A stretch of 64,000 nucleotides of DNA from Candidatus Woesebacteria bacterium (GTDB lineage Bacteria; Patescibacteriota; Microgenomatia; UBA1400; UBA1396), in the NCBI GenBank assembly GCA_963749595.1, contig CAVVNJ010000002.1:96606-160605 (forward strand), read 5' to 3'. Below the pieces are notes generated by a model that made no database searches, was not told the origin of the DNA, and saw nothing but the letters and a program-made list of their open reading frames with translations. The first letter of the stretch is position 1. Every line of letters starts with the position of its first letter. Below, in pieces: positions 1 through 8,838 of this stretch. The position numbers and the translations under genes are program-made.

Positions 1-451
1 AATATTCGGCGGCAAACTGATGGCCCCGGATATCGGCAATCACTGCCTGCCGACTATGCCGGTTTTTGGGGTACGCCGTCAAGTTGTCCGCCGCTTTCCG
101 AAAATATTCCGCCGCCAATCCATATTCCTGGGCTTCATAATAGTATTTCCCCAGATTGTGATAGGGAATACCCACGGCTTCCGGCTGGCCACTTTTTTCC
201 GCGATATCCACTGCCGCCTGGGCGGCATGCCTTTCCAAAATTAAATACACTTCGGCGTTAGCTTGCTGATAAAGATGTTTAAAAACACTTTGTCGGGAAG
301 ACTGAACTTCCGCCAAACCGAATAAATCACCGTCTTTTTGGTAGGCTAGCGTCGCTTGGTCGGTGTGTTCGAGGGCGGCCAAAAAATCACCCCGCTCCCG
401 GGCTTCTTCAGCCAGAGCGTGCAGTCGTCGGCCTTCAGGTGAATCGGTCAT
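1..451 (-). CDS. hypothetical helical-repeat (TPR-like) protein; 3' end runs off the window
   Basis: My own minus-strand translation starts at the ATG (cat at 449-451): MTDSPEGRRLHALAEEARERGDFLAALEH...NLGKYYYEAQEYGLAAEYFRKAADNL. The frame is open to position 1. It is absent from the ORF track only because no stop lies in the window. Confidence 0.6.
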   Translation of the reverse strand, partial: MTDSPEGRRLHALAEEARERGDFLAALEHTDQATLAYQKDGDLFGLAEVQSSRQSVFKHLYQQANAEVYLILERHAAQAAVDIAEKSGQPEAVGIPYHNLGKYYYEAQEYGLAAEYFRKAADNLTAYPKNRHSRQAVIADIRGHQFAAEY

Positions 452-488
452 GCGGCCATTATAACCCAATTGAATTTTCAGGTTTTTT

Positions 489-1010
489 ATGCTAAATCTG
501 TATACCAACATGGCCGACCTCAACACTGAGCTACTGCAGTCAATCATCGATGGGCAAGCGACCCTCTTTGAGGGACAGGCGAAGTTGTTTGAGGGGCAGG
601 CGAAGTTGTTTGAGGGGCAAGAAAAGCTGTTTGAGGGACAGGCGAAGTTGTTTGAGGGGCAGGCGAAGTTGTTTGAGGGGCAAGAAAAGCTGTTTGAGGG
701 ACAATCGGCGCTCTCAACCAAAATCGAACAACTCGACGACAAACTTGATCAGGTTGACGCTAACTTGAGTTTGCGAATCGATACTCAAGCCAAAATGCTG
801 CAAGTATTGATCAAAGGACAATCGGCACAGGGGGTTGAAATTGACGCTCTGAGAAAAGATTTAAAACGAGTAGAGATAAATCTCACTTCGAGAATCGATA
901 AAATTGGTCTACAGGCAGCGTTCGTTGAAGACGATACACCAACCAGGGAAGAACATCGATCTTTAGAGAAACGCGTCAAGAAAGTTGAGCGTAGGTTAGT
1001 AATGGACTAG
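489..1010 (+). CDS. coiled-coil protein with a perfect heptad array (LFEGQAK/LFEGQEK x7)
   Basis: 173-aa ORF. The N-terminal third is an exact 7-residue repeat and the rest is heptad-like (LDDKLDQVDANLSLRID...). No family recognised. Confidence 0.7.
   Translation: MLNLYTNMADLNTELLQSIIDGQATLFEGQAKLFEGQAKLFEGQEKLFEGQAKLFEGQAKLFEGQEKLFEGQSALSTKIEQLDDKLDQVDANLSLRIDTQAKMLQVLIKGQSAQGVEIDALRKDLKRVEINLTSRIDKIGLQAAFVEDDTPTREEHRSLEKRVKKVERRLVMD
567..713. repeat. 7 x 21-bp in-frame tandem repeat; 63-bp super-unit duplicated exactly
   Basis: The unit tttgagggacaggcgaagttg and its variants recur seven times. Bases 567-629 are repeated without mismatch at 630-692. Confidence 0.95.
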
Positions 1011-1017
1011 GAGGGCT

Positions 1018-1260
1018 ATGTCTGAAAATCAAGCCAAAGGTTCTTCGCTCAGCCAAACCAGGGAAATATTTAACTTTACCGCCCCATTCTTAACCATAGC
1101 CGCAGCGGAGTTAGCCGCTTTGGACCTCGTAAACGCTCAAGTTGCCGAGTTGGGTAGCATTTTTCCGTTGATCGCTGGCGGCATGGTCATTATCGATCTC
1201 CTTGCCTCGGTAGGCATCGCCGAACAACTTGATCGACGCTATCTAAGTAAGCACCGATAG
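1018..1260 (+). CDS. small membrane protein, hypothetical
   Basis: 80-aa ORF with AGGAGG a few nt upstream of the ATG and two hydrophobic segments. It follows the coiled-coil gene by 7 nt. Confidence 0.55.
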   Translation: MSENQAKGSSLSQTREIFNFTAPFLTIAAAELAALDLVNAQVAELGSIFPLIAGGMVIIDLLASVGIAEQLDRRYLSKHR

Positions 1261-1300
1261 AACGGTGTCTTCTTAATCCTTAAAGTATAATAGTCCTGAT

Positions 1301-2383
1301 ATGAGTCTTTCGATCGGCATCGTTGGCCTTCCTAACGTCGGCAAATCCACTTTATTTAACGCTCTGCTCCAAAAACAGCAAGCTTTGGCAGCCAACTATC
1401 CCTTTGCCACCATCGAGCCTAACGTCGGCGTCGTTCCGGTGCCTGACAATCGTCTGCCGGTACTAGCTAAAATTGCCAATACCACTAAGATCGTCCCGGC
1501 TACGGTCGAATTTGTTGATATCGCTGGGCTAGTTGCCGGAGCAGCCGAGGGCGAAGGACTGGGAAACAAGTTTTTGGCCCACATCCGCGAAACTAATGTC
1601 ATTGCCCACGTCGTGCGAATTTTTGAAGACAGCAATGTCGTCAAGGAGGGCAGCGTGGATCCCCGATCCGATTTCCAGACCATTGAAACCGAGTTGATGC
1701 TCGCCGATTTAAGCACGCTGCAAAAACAAGTTGGGCCGCGAGCGGGACAGGGCAAGGCCTTGCTGGATCGTTGGGAGATTATTACCCGCTGGAAAGAACT
1801 ACTTAACGCCGGCACTCCCTTAATCAAGGCCATCGAAACCGAGGAAGAAAAAGTGGTGGCGGAGGAGTTGGCCTTGCTGAGCGCTAAGCCGCGAATCATC
1901 GTCGCTAACGTCAGTGAGGATCAATTGGCTAATCTTGATCAAATCCGGCAGCAATACGCCGAGATTTTGTCGGTCCCGGCTGAAGATCTGGTTTTTATTT
2001 CGGCCAAGCTGGAGGCCGAACTGGCCGAACTAAGCGAAACCGACAAACAAGAATATCTGGATTCTTTGGGTATTAAGCATTCCGGACTCGAATCGTTGAT
2101 TTCAAAGGCTTATTCGACGTTGGGTTTACAAAGTTTCTATACCGCCGGCGAAAAAGAAGCGCGAGCGTGGACGATTAGACAGGACGCGGTCGCTCCGGAA
2201 GCGGCGGGTGTGATTCACACCGACTTTATCAAGCACTTTATTAAGGCGATGGTGGTGTCTTACGAGGACTTCGTGAAGGTCGGCGGCTGGAAAAATGCCC
2301 GGGAAAAAGGGGTGCTCCGGCAAGAAGGTAAGGATTACGTGATGCAGCCGGATGACGTGGTGGAGTTTATGATTGGAAAATAA
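1301..2383 (+). CDS. ychF: ribosome-binding ATPase YchF (Obg-like GTPase family)
   Basis: P-loop GLPNVGKST near the N-terminus, a 360-aa length and a conserved YchF C-terminal domain (IHTDFIKHFIKA...). Confidence 0.95.
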   Translation: MSLSIGIVGLPNVGKSTLFNALLQKQQALAANYPFATIEPNVGVVPVPDNRLPVLAKIANTTKIVPATVEFVDIAGLVAGAAEGEGLGNKFLAHIRETNVIAHVVRIFEDSNVVKEGSVDPRSDFQTIETELMLADLSTLQKQVGPRAGQGKALLDRWEIITRWKELLNAGTPLIKAIETEEEKVVAEELALLSAKPRIIVANVSEDQLANLDQIRQQYAEILSVPAEDLVFISAKLEAELAELSETDKQEYLDSLGIKHSGLESLISKAYSTLGLQSFYTAGEKEARAWTIRQDAVAPEAAGVIHTDFIKHFIKAMVVSYEDFVKVGGWKNAREKGVLRQEGKDYVMQPDDVVEFMIGK

Positions 2384-2459
2384 GCCATTTATGGGCAATT
2401 AAACCAATAATTGTAATGATTTGGTAACAATTTCCGCTATACTGAATCCATGACCCCCG

Positions 2460-2529
2460 TGATATACTATCCACCAGTCTCGATCGAGCAATCGAACCAG
2501 AGCGTGGCGAGACATAAAGAAAGGAGCAT
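2460..2529 (+). promoter_or_regulatory. rpsF promoter (TGaTATACT) plus structured ~55-nt leader
   Basis: Extended -10 at 2460-2468. The leader carries a GTCTCG...CGAGAC closing stem around a UCGA-GCAA-UCGA hairpin, followed by the AAAGGAG SD. Confidence 0.4.
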
Positions 2530-2862
2530 ATGACGCGTGCTTATAAAATTGCGGTTGTCATCAACCCGAAGCTATCCGACGCCGAAATCGAGCGTTGGGG
2601 TCATGCTTTCCAAGAAATTCTCAAAAAATATGGTGGTGAAGTCACCAATCAGGAAGTGTGGGGCCGTCGCCCGACCGCCTACCGACTCAAGGGGCAGGAC
2701 GAAGCTTTCTATGCTTTCTACTATGTTTCCCTGGACGCGGCTAAGGTTTTTCCCCTAGATCAAGAGCTTAAGCTCACCGAAAACGTTCTCCGCCACCTAA
2801 TTACCCTGGCGGAAGACGAAACCGAAACAATGGAAGAACAGAAGGAAGAAGCATCTGTCTAA
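2530..2862 (+). CDS. rpsF: 30S ribosomal protein S6
   Basis: S6-like sequence (YKIAVVINPKL...WGRRPTAYRLKG...FYAFYY) in the rpsF-ssb-rpsR gene order. Confidence 0.95.
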   Translation: MTRAYKIAVVINPKLSDAEIERWGHAFQEILKKYGGEVTNQEVWGRRPTAYRLKGQDEAFYAFYYVSLDAAKVFPLDQELKLTENVLRHLITLAEDETETMEEQKEEASV

Positions 2863-2880
2863 CAGGTGGGAAGGAAAGTT

Positions 2881-3381
2881 ATGGCGAGCCGCTCGCTCAA
2901 CAAGGTTTTGCTGATCGGAAACGTAACCCGCGATCCGGAACTGCGTTACACCCCGCAAAATACGGCTGTTTGTAAGTTTAGTGTCGCTACCAATCGCACC
3001 TGGACCGGCGGCGACGGCAGCCAGCAGGAAGCGGCCGAATTCACTCCCGTCGTCACCTGGGGCAAGTTAGCGGAAATCGCCAATCAAATCCTCACCAAAG
3101 GCCGCAAGGTCTACGTTGAGGGCCGCCTACAATCCCATACCTGGGAGAACAAAGAGGGCGTCAAACAAAAGACAACCGAGGTCATTGCCGACCAGCTGAT
3201 CGCTTTAGATTCCAGACCCGGTGCTGGGGGCGAAGGAGCCGAAGAGGGACGGGACTATTCCTATCCTGAAGAAGAAGGAGCCGCCAAACCGGCGCCCAAA
3301 AAGAAAAAGGATGAGGATGAATTAGCGGTTGATGACAACGTCGGTGGCGTTGACGACATCGCTGATGACATTCCTTTTTGA
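2881..3381 (+). CDS. ssb: single-stranded DNA-binding protein
   Basis: OB-fold N-terminus (LNKVLLIGNVTRDPELRYT), a Gly/acidic tail and the canonical C-terminal DDIPF. ATG 2881 is preferred over the track GTG at 2866. Confidence 0.93.
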   Translation: MASRSLNKVLLIGNVTRDPELRYTPQNTAVCKFSVATNRTWTGGDGSQQEAAEFTPVVTWGKLAEIANQILTKGRKVYVEGRLQSHTWENKEGVKQKTTEVIADQLIALDSRPGAGGEGAEEGRDYSYPEEEGAAKPAPKKKKDEDELAVDDNVGGVDDIADDIPF

Positions 3382-3391
3382 ACGTAAAAGT

Positions 3392-3475
3392 GGATTTTCC
3401 TTGGAAAGGAGAATCCCCGCTACATAAAAACCGTAAGGGGATTAATCTGGAAAGAATAATTCCCGCTACAAAATA
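3392..3475 (+). repeat. two tandem copies of a ~12-bp-stem hairpin motif followed by CCGCTACAnAAA, upstream of rpsR
   Basis: Copy 1 is ggattttccttggaaaggagaatcc+ccgctacataaaaa (3392-3430). Copy 2 is ggggattaatctggaaagaataattccc+gctacaaaata (3437-3475). A third copy lies at 63370-63409. Confidence 0.6.
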
Positions 3476-3484
3476 GAAAGAACT

Positions 3485-3673
3485 ATGAGACAACTCAAAA
3501 TTACTGAAATTCAGTACACCAACACCAAACTGTTGCAAAAATTCCTGACTCCGTCTGGCAGCATCGTGCCCCGGAGCAAGACCGGCCTCAGTGCCAAACT
3601 GCAGCACCGGGTGACCCGCGAAATCAAGCGCGCCCGTCATTTGGCGCTCTTACCGTTTACCAGCACCCTTTAA
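3485..3673 (+). CDS. rpsR: 30S ribosomal protein S18
   Basis: 62 aa with the S18 core ([43 protein letters not shown]). Confidence 0.93.
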   Translation: MRQLKITEIQYTNTKLLQKFLTPSGSIVPRSKTGLSAKLQHRVTREIKRARHLALLPFTSTL

Positions 3674-3698
3674 ATCTGTTATAGTCTGAAGCTCAGCT

Positions 3699-4953
3699 AT
3701 GCGATTTAAAGGCCATCGGTTTGGGTTCAAGCTTTTTACCTATCTTCTGATAGCTGTTTTAGCTGGTGTAATCGGCTACCGGTCCGGCAAGGGATTAACC
3801 TGGCAACAAATTCTGCGGCTACCGACCAAGGCGGACATCAGCCAACTTAGTCGGCTACGCAATGCGGAACCAACGATTAGTCAGGGGACGGTCGATTTCT
3901 CCTTGTTCTGGGAAGTCTGGGCCAGACTCGAACGCGACTATGTGGATCCGTCCAAACTGGACGCCCAACAGATGGTTTATGGGGCCATTGCCGGAATGAC
4001 CAGTGCTTTGGGAGATCCTTACACTGTTTTCCTCAAGCCGGAAACCAAACAGCGCTTAACCGAAGACCTACAGGGTGAGTTTGACGGCGTCGGCATTCAA
4101 CTGGGCTATCGCGAGGGTCAATTGGCGGTCATTGCTCCGCTTAAAGGCCACCCAGCTGAGAAAGCTGGGGTTAGAGCCGGTGATTTTATTCTCCGAATCA
4201 TCGACGAACAGAAGAAAATTGATCGGGAAACCATCGGCATGAGTGCCGAAGAGGCAGTTTCCCTAATCCGCGGCAAGCGGGGAACTACGGTTAAATTGAC
4301 CCTGCTCACCCCGGAACCAGGAACCGCGCGACGTCACGCTCACCCGGGATAAAATCGAGATTCCTTCGGTGGAACTAAAAATAGTGGAGCAGGACGGCAA
4401 GCGCTATGGCTCATATCGTTCTCAGCCGCTTCGGGGACAACACCTTGCCCGAATGGGATAAGGTTGTCACCCAGCTTCTTCTGGAGGTCAAACTGGACGG
4501 CGTGGTGTTGGATATGCGTAATAACCCCGGCGGTTACCTGCAGGCAGCGATCGATATTTCCAGCGACTTCTTTGATGGCGGGAGTCGTCGTTTCCCAGGC
4601 CGGACGAGTCGCATCCGCAATCCTATACCACTACCCGTCGGCCTAGATTACAGAAGATCCCAGTGATCGTCTTGGTTAATAAGGGGAGCGCCTCGGCTTC
4701 GGAGATCGTGGCCGGCGCCGTCCGCGATCGGCGGCAGGCCAAGTTGGCTGGTGAAAAGACCTTTGGCAAGGGAACGGTCCAGGACGCCCAGCAGCTCGTG
4801 GACGGCGCCGGCCTGAACGTCACCATCGCCCGCTGGCTGCTTCCCTCTGGCGACTCCATCGACCACGAAGGTTTGGCCGTTTCCGTCGAGGCCATCGATA
4901 ATCCGGAGACCGTGGAAGACGAAGCAGTTGCCGCTGCCGCCAAAGCCCTTTAG
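3699..4953 (+). pseudogene. S41-family C-terminal processing peptidase (Ctp/Prc-like), reading frame broken at least 4 times
   Basis: Homology runs through three track ORFs (3699..4352, 4406..4666, 4663..4953) plus short stretches in other frames. The motifs are PDZ (GVGIQL...VIAPLKGHPAEKAGV), LDMRNNPGGYL and VLVNKGSASASEIVAGA. Shifts lie near 4325, 4403, 4585 and 4605. Confidence 0.85.
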
Positions 4954-4954
4954 A

Positions 4955-6113
4955 ATGAGAGTAATGGTTGATCGACGTTTCCGTGTCTCGAGCTTCGCGT
5001 TGGGCTTATTAGTTTCCGGACTGCTTCTGCTTTCCGCCGTTGGCGGCGCCCTGGCTGACCGGGTCTTCGTCGTTCAAACCCCTGGATCGCTGGTGGCCGC
5101 GCGGCGGACAACCGGTCGTCGGTCAGATCTTCACTGTCCCGCAATCCGCCGAACCAGCCATCGCCGTCGCGGAAAAAAGCCGCGACGCCGTCGTCACCGT
5201 GGCCGCCAAACGACCGGTGCCCAAACGGAACGTGTTGCCATTCGGCCTGCCAGATCGAGTCCGCCGAAACCGAATTGGTCCAGCAGGACATCGGTACGGG
5301 CTTTTCGGTTTCGCTGTCGGACGGTTTGATCGTTACCAACCGCCATGTCGTTGCTGATCCGTCCCTCGACGTACAAGATCATCGACGTCGACGGTCAGGA
5401 ATACGAAGTGCAGAAAATCTACCGCGATCCAACTAATGACCTGGCTATTCTTCAAACCACGGCCCATCTGCCAGCGCTCGCCGCTCGCTGACAGCAGTCA
5501 ACTCAAAGTCGGGCAATCCGTGGTCGCCATTGGTACGTCACTGGGCGAATTCCGTCAGAGTGTGACCACCGGCGTTATTTCCGGCCTGGGGCGGGGTATT
5601 GACGCCAGTGATGGATTCTCCGCCGAACATATTGATGATTTAATCCAGACCGACGCGGCGATTAATCCTGGTAATTCCGGCGGTCCGTTACTTAGCCTTA
5701 ATGGCGAAGCCGTTGGTGTTAACGTTGCCATGGCGGACGCGGAAAATATTGGTTTCGCGATTGCCATCAACATCGTTAAGTCCTCGATCGACAACTTCAA
5801 CAACACCGGCAAGTTTGACCGGCCGCTACTCGGAGTGCAATACAAATTAATCCCCCGTGAGACGGCTCTGCTTAATGACGTGCCTGAAGGGGCGTACATC
5901 GTGGCTGTTTTGCCCGGTACGACCGCGGAAAAGATGGGTCTTAAAGTCGGTGATATTCTGATTAAAGTTGATGGACAAGCCACCAAAGACACTACAGGCG
6001 GATTAGCCGGACTAATCAACCGCAAGAAAATCGGTGACACGGTTTCGGTGGAGTTGTGGCGCAATGGTGCTCTCCAGACTTTGTCCGGGGAACTTTTAAT
6101 TGCGCCGTCTTAG
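4955..6113 (+). pseudogene. HtrA/DegP-like trypsin-fold serine protease with C-terminal PDZ, frame broken at least 4 times
   Basis: Pieces lie in all three frames: IVTNRHVV, DLAILQ and DAAINPGNSGGPLL (catalytic Ser), then the PDZ (LPGTTAEKMGLKVGDILIKVDG). Shifts lie near 5070, 5260, 5368 and 5475. Confidence 0.85.
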
Positions 6114-7165
6114 AGTTTCATTAGACCCAGAACTAATCTGCCCAAGTTATGCAAAGACTCGATTGGCTGTCGCTCACTTACTGTATGAGCATGTTCACCG
6201 CCACTGCTAATATTAAAAACCGTTAACCCTTTGCCAGTATTAAAGATATTCGCGTCGGAACAACCAAAAGAAATTGTTGGTCTTTTTCTCTGTCGCAGAA
6301 TTGAATTCAACATACGTTGTAAATCGGCCATCGCAGTTCTTGAGTGACGATAGCCTGGGTTTTCAACTTGGACTTTGACCGATGTTCGATAACCATTTTT
6401 TCGCTGAGATATTTTCTGCAACCGGTCAACGGTTTGGTAGAACATATTTTCTTCAAAACAACGAATCTCACCCCCGAATTCCATGCTCCCCACTACCGTG
6501 TTTCTGGCTGAACCACCACTGATCAGGCCCACATTGACGAGAAGATCATTGCGGCGCAGGGATTCAATGTGGTTAAGAACCTCAATCGCCAGGGGAATAG
6601 CTGGGCGGGCTTGCCGGTAATAACCCGCATGGGCAGATTTGCCTCTGACCACAATGTCGAAGCGAGCATAAAAAGGCGAGGCGGAAACTATCGCTCCCAA
6701 ATCCGAACCGGCATCAAAAATATAGCCAACTTGGCTTTTCAGCAAAGCTTTATTAAAGCCTACGGCCCCATAATTTCCTGTCTCTTCTGAAGTCGTGAGC
6801 AATACCTCAATTGGACGATGGTTTGGCGCGTTCAGAATTGATTTCAGAGCCATCAGGATCGATACAATGGCGTTCTTATTATCAGCACCAAGAATCGTTG
6901 AACCATTTGAACGAATATATTTGCCGTCTATTATTGGAGAAACATCTGCACAGGGTCCGACCGTATCCAAATGGGCACAAAAAAATCTCGGCTCTCCCAT
7001 TCCGTCAATCCGGAAAAATATGTTGCCGAATTGGTCGGTCTCCGGTTGCACCATCGGTAGTTCGCGGTTAATCCAACCGAGAATAAATTTCCGAATTTTA
7101 GCTTCCTCTCCGCTTGGACTACTGATCCGACAAAGGTCGATAAACAATCTGGTCAACTCCGTCAT
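6110..7165 (-). CDS. M20-family metallopeptidase (peptidase T-like)
   Basis: CAHLDTVGP and TSEETGNYGA metal-ligand motifs. I place the start at MTELTRLF, with AGGAGG 7 nt upstream. The longer track ORF overlaps the upstream gene. Confidence 0.8.
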   Translation of the reverse strand: MTELTRLFIDLCRISSPSGEEAKIRKFILGWINRELPMVQPETDQFGNIFFRIDGMGEPRFFCAHLDTVGPCADVSPIIDGKYIRSNGSTILGADNKNAIVSILMALKSILNAPNHRPIEVLLTTSEETGNYGAVGFNKALLKSQVGYIFDAGSDLGAIVSASPFYARFDIVVRGKSAHAGYYRQARPAIPLAIEVLNHIESLRRNDLLVNVGLISGGSARNTVVGSMEFGGEIRCFEENMFYQTVDRLQKISQRKNGYRTSVKVQVENPGYRHSRTAMADLQRMLNSILRQRKRPTISFGCSDANIFNTGKGLTVFNISSGGEHAHTVSERQPIESLHNLGRLVLGLMKL

Positions 7166-7175
7166 TTTCTGCCTC

Positions 7176-8057
7176 CTATCTTTGTCCTGCCCGACGGGCT
7201 GCCTCTTCATAAAAGGCCGCAATTTTTCCATACGAACGCACTGAAATATCGCCCGGAGGAATCGATTCGCCCAACCACTCCCAATGCAGTCGCCGCATCT
7301 TCTGGTCAAACGACGATGCCTCATCCGGATCGATCGTCACCAGCGTGCAGGGGATATAGGCATTGCCACCAATCTGTTGAAATAGCGTCAGTAGATTTTG
7401 TTTGGTACTTTCATCAGAAGAGCGGCGATATTGACACGATTCGTGACCATAGCGTTCCGAAACCGGTTGGCAGGTGTCGGTCAAAAACGAAAGATAGGGG
7501 TGTTCCCAGTAACTGATCGCCCGACAATTCATTTTGTCAAAAACATGGCCGGTAACCAACCTTTTCACGGTTGAAATTCCAACGATTTTTATCCCGGCCG
7601 AACGGTATTCTGGTCTTCGGCGTAGATCATCGATTTTTTTTAGCCTCTCTCTTAAACCAATCGTTCCAAGTCCCTGATTTCGATATTTGGGGTTGGTGAT
7701 CCACGTACCCAGCTCAACTACCTGAAAGCCTAAAACCATCTCCTCACCATTTTCAAACGCCGGATAAATCGTGCCGTGATAGACGAATTCCCAACCTCGC
7801 TCGCGATCTAAACGAGCCAGGATACAACTCAAACCAGCGGAAAACTGTTCGCGGATTACCTCTGGAGTTTTGGCCAACATTTCCGAGGGGTGATTGTGGT
7901 TATAGTCGTTAACGCAGGACGATATTTGACAGAACAGATCCCACAAATCCCCGGCGCTCAGGCGATTATTTTCGACAGATTCTATTCCGTCAAGCACAAT
8001 TTGTCCCTGTGCCTCAGTGCTTTCAATATTTCGCCCCCGCTCTTCCTTTTCAATCAT
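7176..8057 (-). CDS. GNAT-like acetyltransferase domain protein
   Basis: 293-aa ORF with an acetyl-CoA-binding-type motif (YRNQGLGTIGLRERL). Assignment is weak outside that motif. Confidence 0.5.
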   Translation of the reverse strand: MIEKEERGRNIESTEAQGQIVLDGIESVENNRLSAGDLWDLFCQISSCVNDYNHNHPSEMLAKTPEVIREQFSAGLSCILARLDRERGWEFVYHGTIYPAFENGEEMVLGFQVVELGTWITNPKYRNQGLGTIGLRERLKKIDDLRRRPEYRSAGIKIVGISTVKRLVTGHVFDKMNCRAISYWEHPYLSFLTDTCQPVSERYGHESCQYRRSSDESTKQNLLTLFQQIGGNAYIPCTLVTIDPDEASSFDQKMRRLHWEWLGESIPPGDISVRSYGKIAAFYEEAARRAGQR

Positions 8058-8131
8058 TTTTCTCCTTGGTTGAATCGGATTTTATGACCGCCTCGATCAT
8101 CTGTAAAATATTTATGATAATTCCAACATTA

Positions 8132-8159
8132 TTGACATTTTTGTTGTAGATATTACAAT
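8132..8159 (+). promoter_or_regulatory. sigma70-type promoter, leaderless start
   Basis: TTGACA (8132-8137), a 16-nt spacer, TACAAT (8154-8159), then 6 nt to ATG 8166. Confidence 0.6.
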
Positions 8160-8165
8160 CGGCCC

Positions 8166-8810
8166 ATGCTTAAAGTATCGGATAGTGTGCGAAGAATCTT
8201 ATTGGGAGACGACGTTGCCCTGCAATCTCTCGAGTCCGGCATCTTAAACTTCAGCGCCTATGCCGCCAAGATCATTCTGGAAGTCGAGAATCTAACTTTT
8301 AAACCGGTAAAAAAGGGAACAGTGGTGGTCGCCCTGACCAGATTGGCTCAAGAAATAGGTGGTCTGGCGCCTTTAAAACCAAGGGTTATTTTGGACGATC
8401 TTAGTATTCGTTCACCGCTTTGTGACATTACTTATCCCAAAACGCCAGCCAACCGTGCAAAATTGGCCGAATTGCCAAAAATAGTCCCGATTGGCGAGAA
8501 TGCCTTCCTCGCTACGACCATCGGCTTAAGCGAAATTACGATTATTGCTCCGCAGTCTTCCTTAGATAGAATATTGGCCCATTTTGTAGACTCACCGAAA
8601 GCAGTACTTAAAGATCTGGTCGGAATTACAGTCCGATTCGATGAAAAGTATCTGCAGATACCGAACGTTCTTTATACTTTGCAGGCTGCTCTGGCCGTTC
8701 AGCGGATTAATTGCTTAGAAGTCATCTCTACCTACACTGAATTATCTTTCGTTATTGAGGCCAAGGATTTGGAGACCGCCACCAAAGCCCTGCGGCGATT
8801 TTTCGAATAA
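8166..8810 (+). CDS. hypothetical protein
   Basis: 214-aa ORF with coding-like composition and no motif I can name with confidence. Confidence 0.6.
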   Translation: MLKVSDSVRRILLGDDVALQSLESGILNFSAYAAKIILEVENLTFKPVKKGTVVVALTRLAQEIGGLAPLKPRVILDDLSIRSPLCDITYPKTPANRAKLAELPKIVPIGENAFLATTIGLSEITIIAPQSSLDRILAHFVDSPKAVLKDLVGITVRFDEKYLQIPNVLYTLQAALAVQRINCLEVISTYTELSFVIEAKDLETATKALRRFFE

Positions 8811-8838
8811 GAAAATTCCCACCAACTTAGACTTCCAC

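Noticed and set aside
20-244. Plus-strand 74-aa track ORF at the window start
   Set aside because: It lies antisense to a longer, better-looking minus-strand frame (1..451) that starts at a proper ATG and reads as a helical-repeat protein. The plus ORF is a low-complexity, basic shadow ORF.
550-768. 72-aa ORF with RRSCLRG repeats, and minus-strand ORF 785..979
   Set aside because: These are alternative-frame and antisense readings of the 21-bp tandem repeat gene. They are repeat-induced open frames, not independent genes.
4483-4497. GGAGGTCAAACTGGA inside the S41 gene, and GGATCAAACCTGG at about 41567, as further copies of the phased palindrome
   Set aside because: Only the central GGTCAAAC core matches. 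The right arm is not complementary, and there is no partner at 31 bp. These are most likely chance half-matches.
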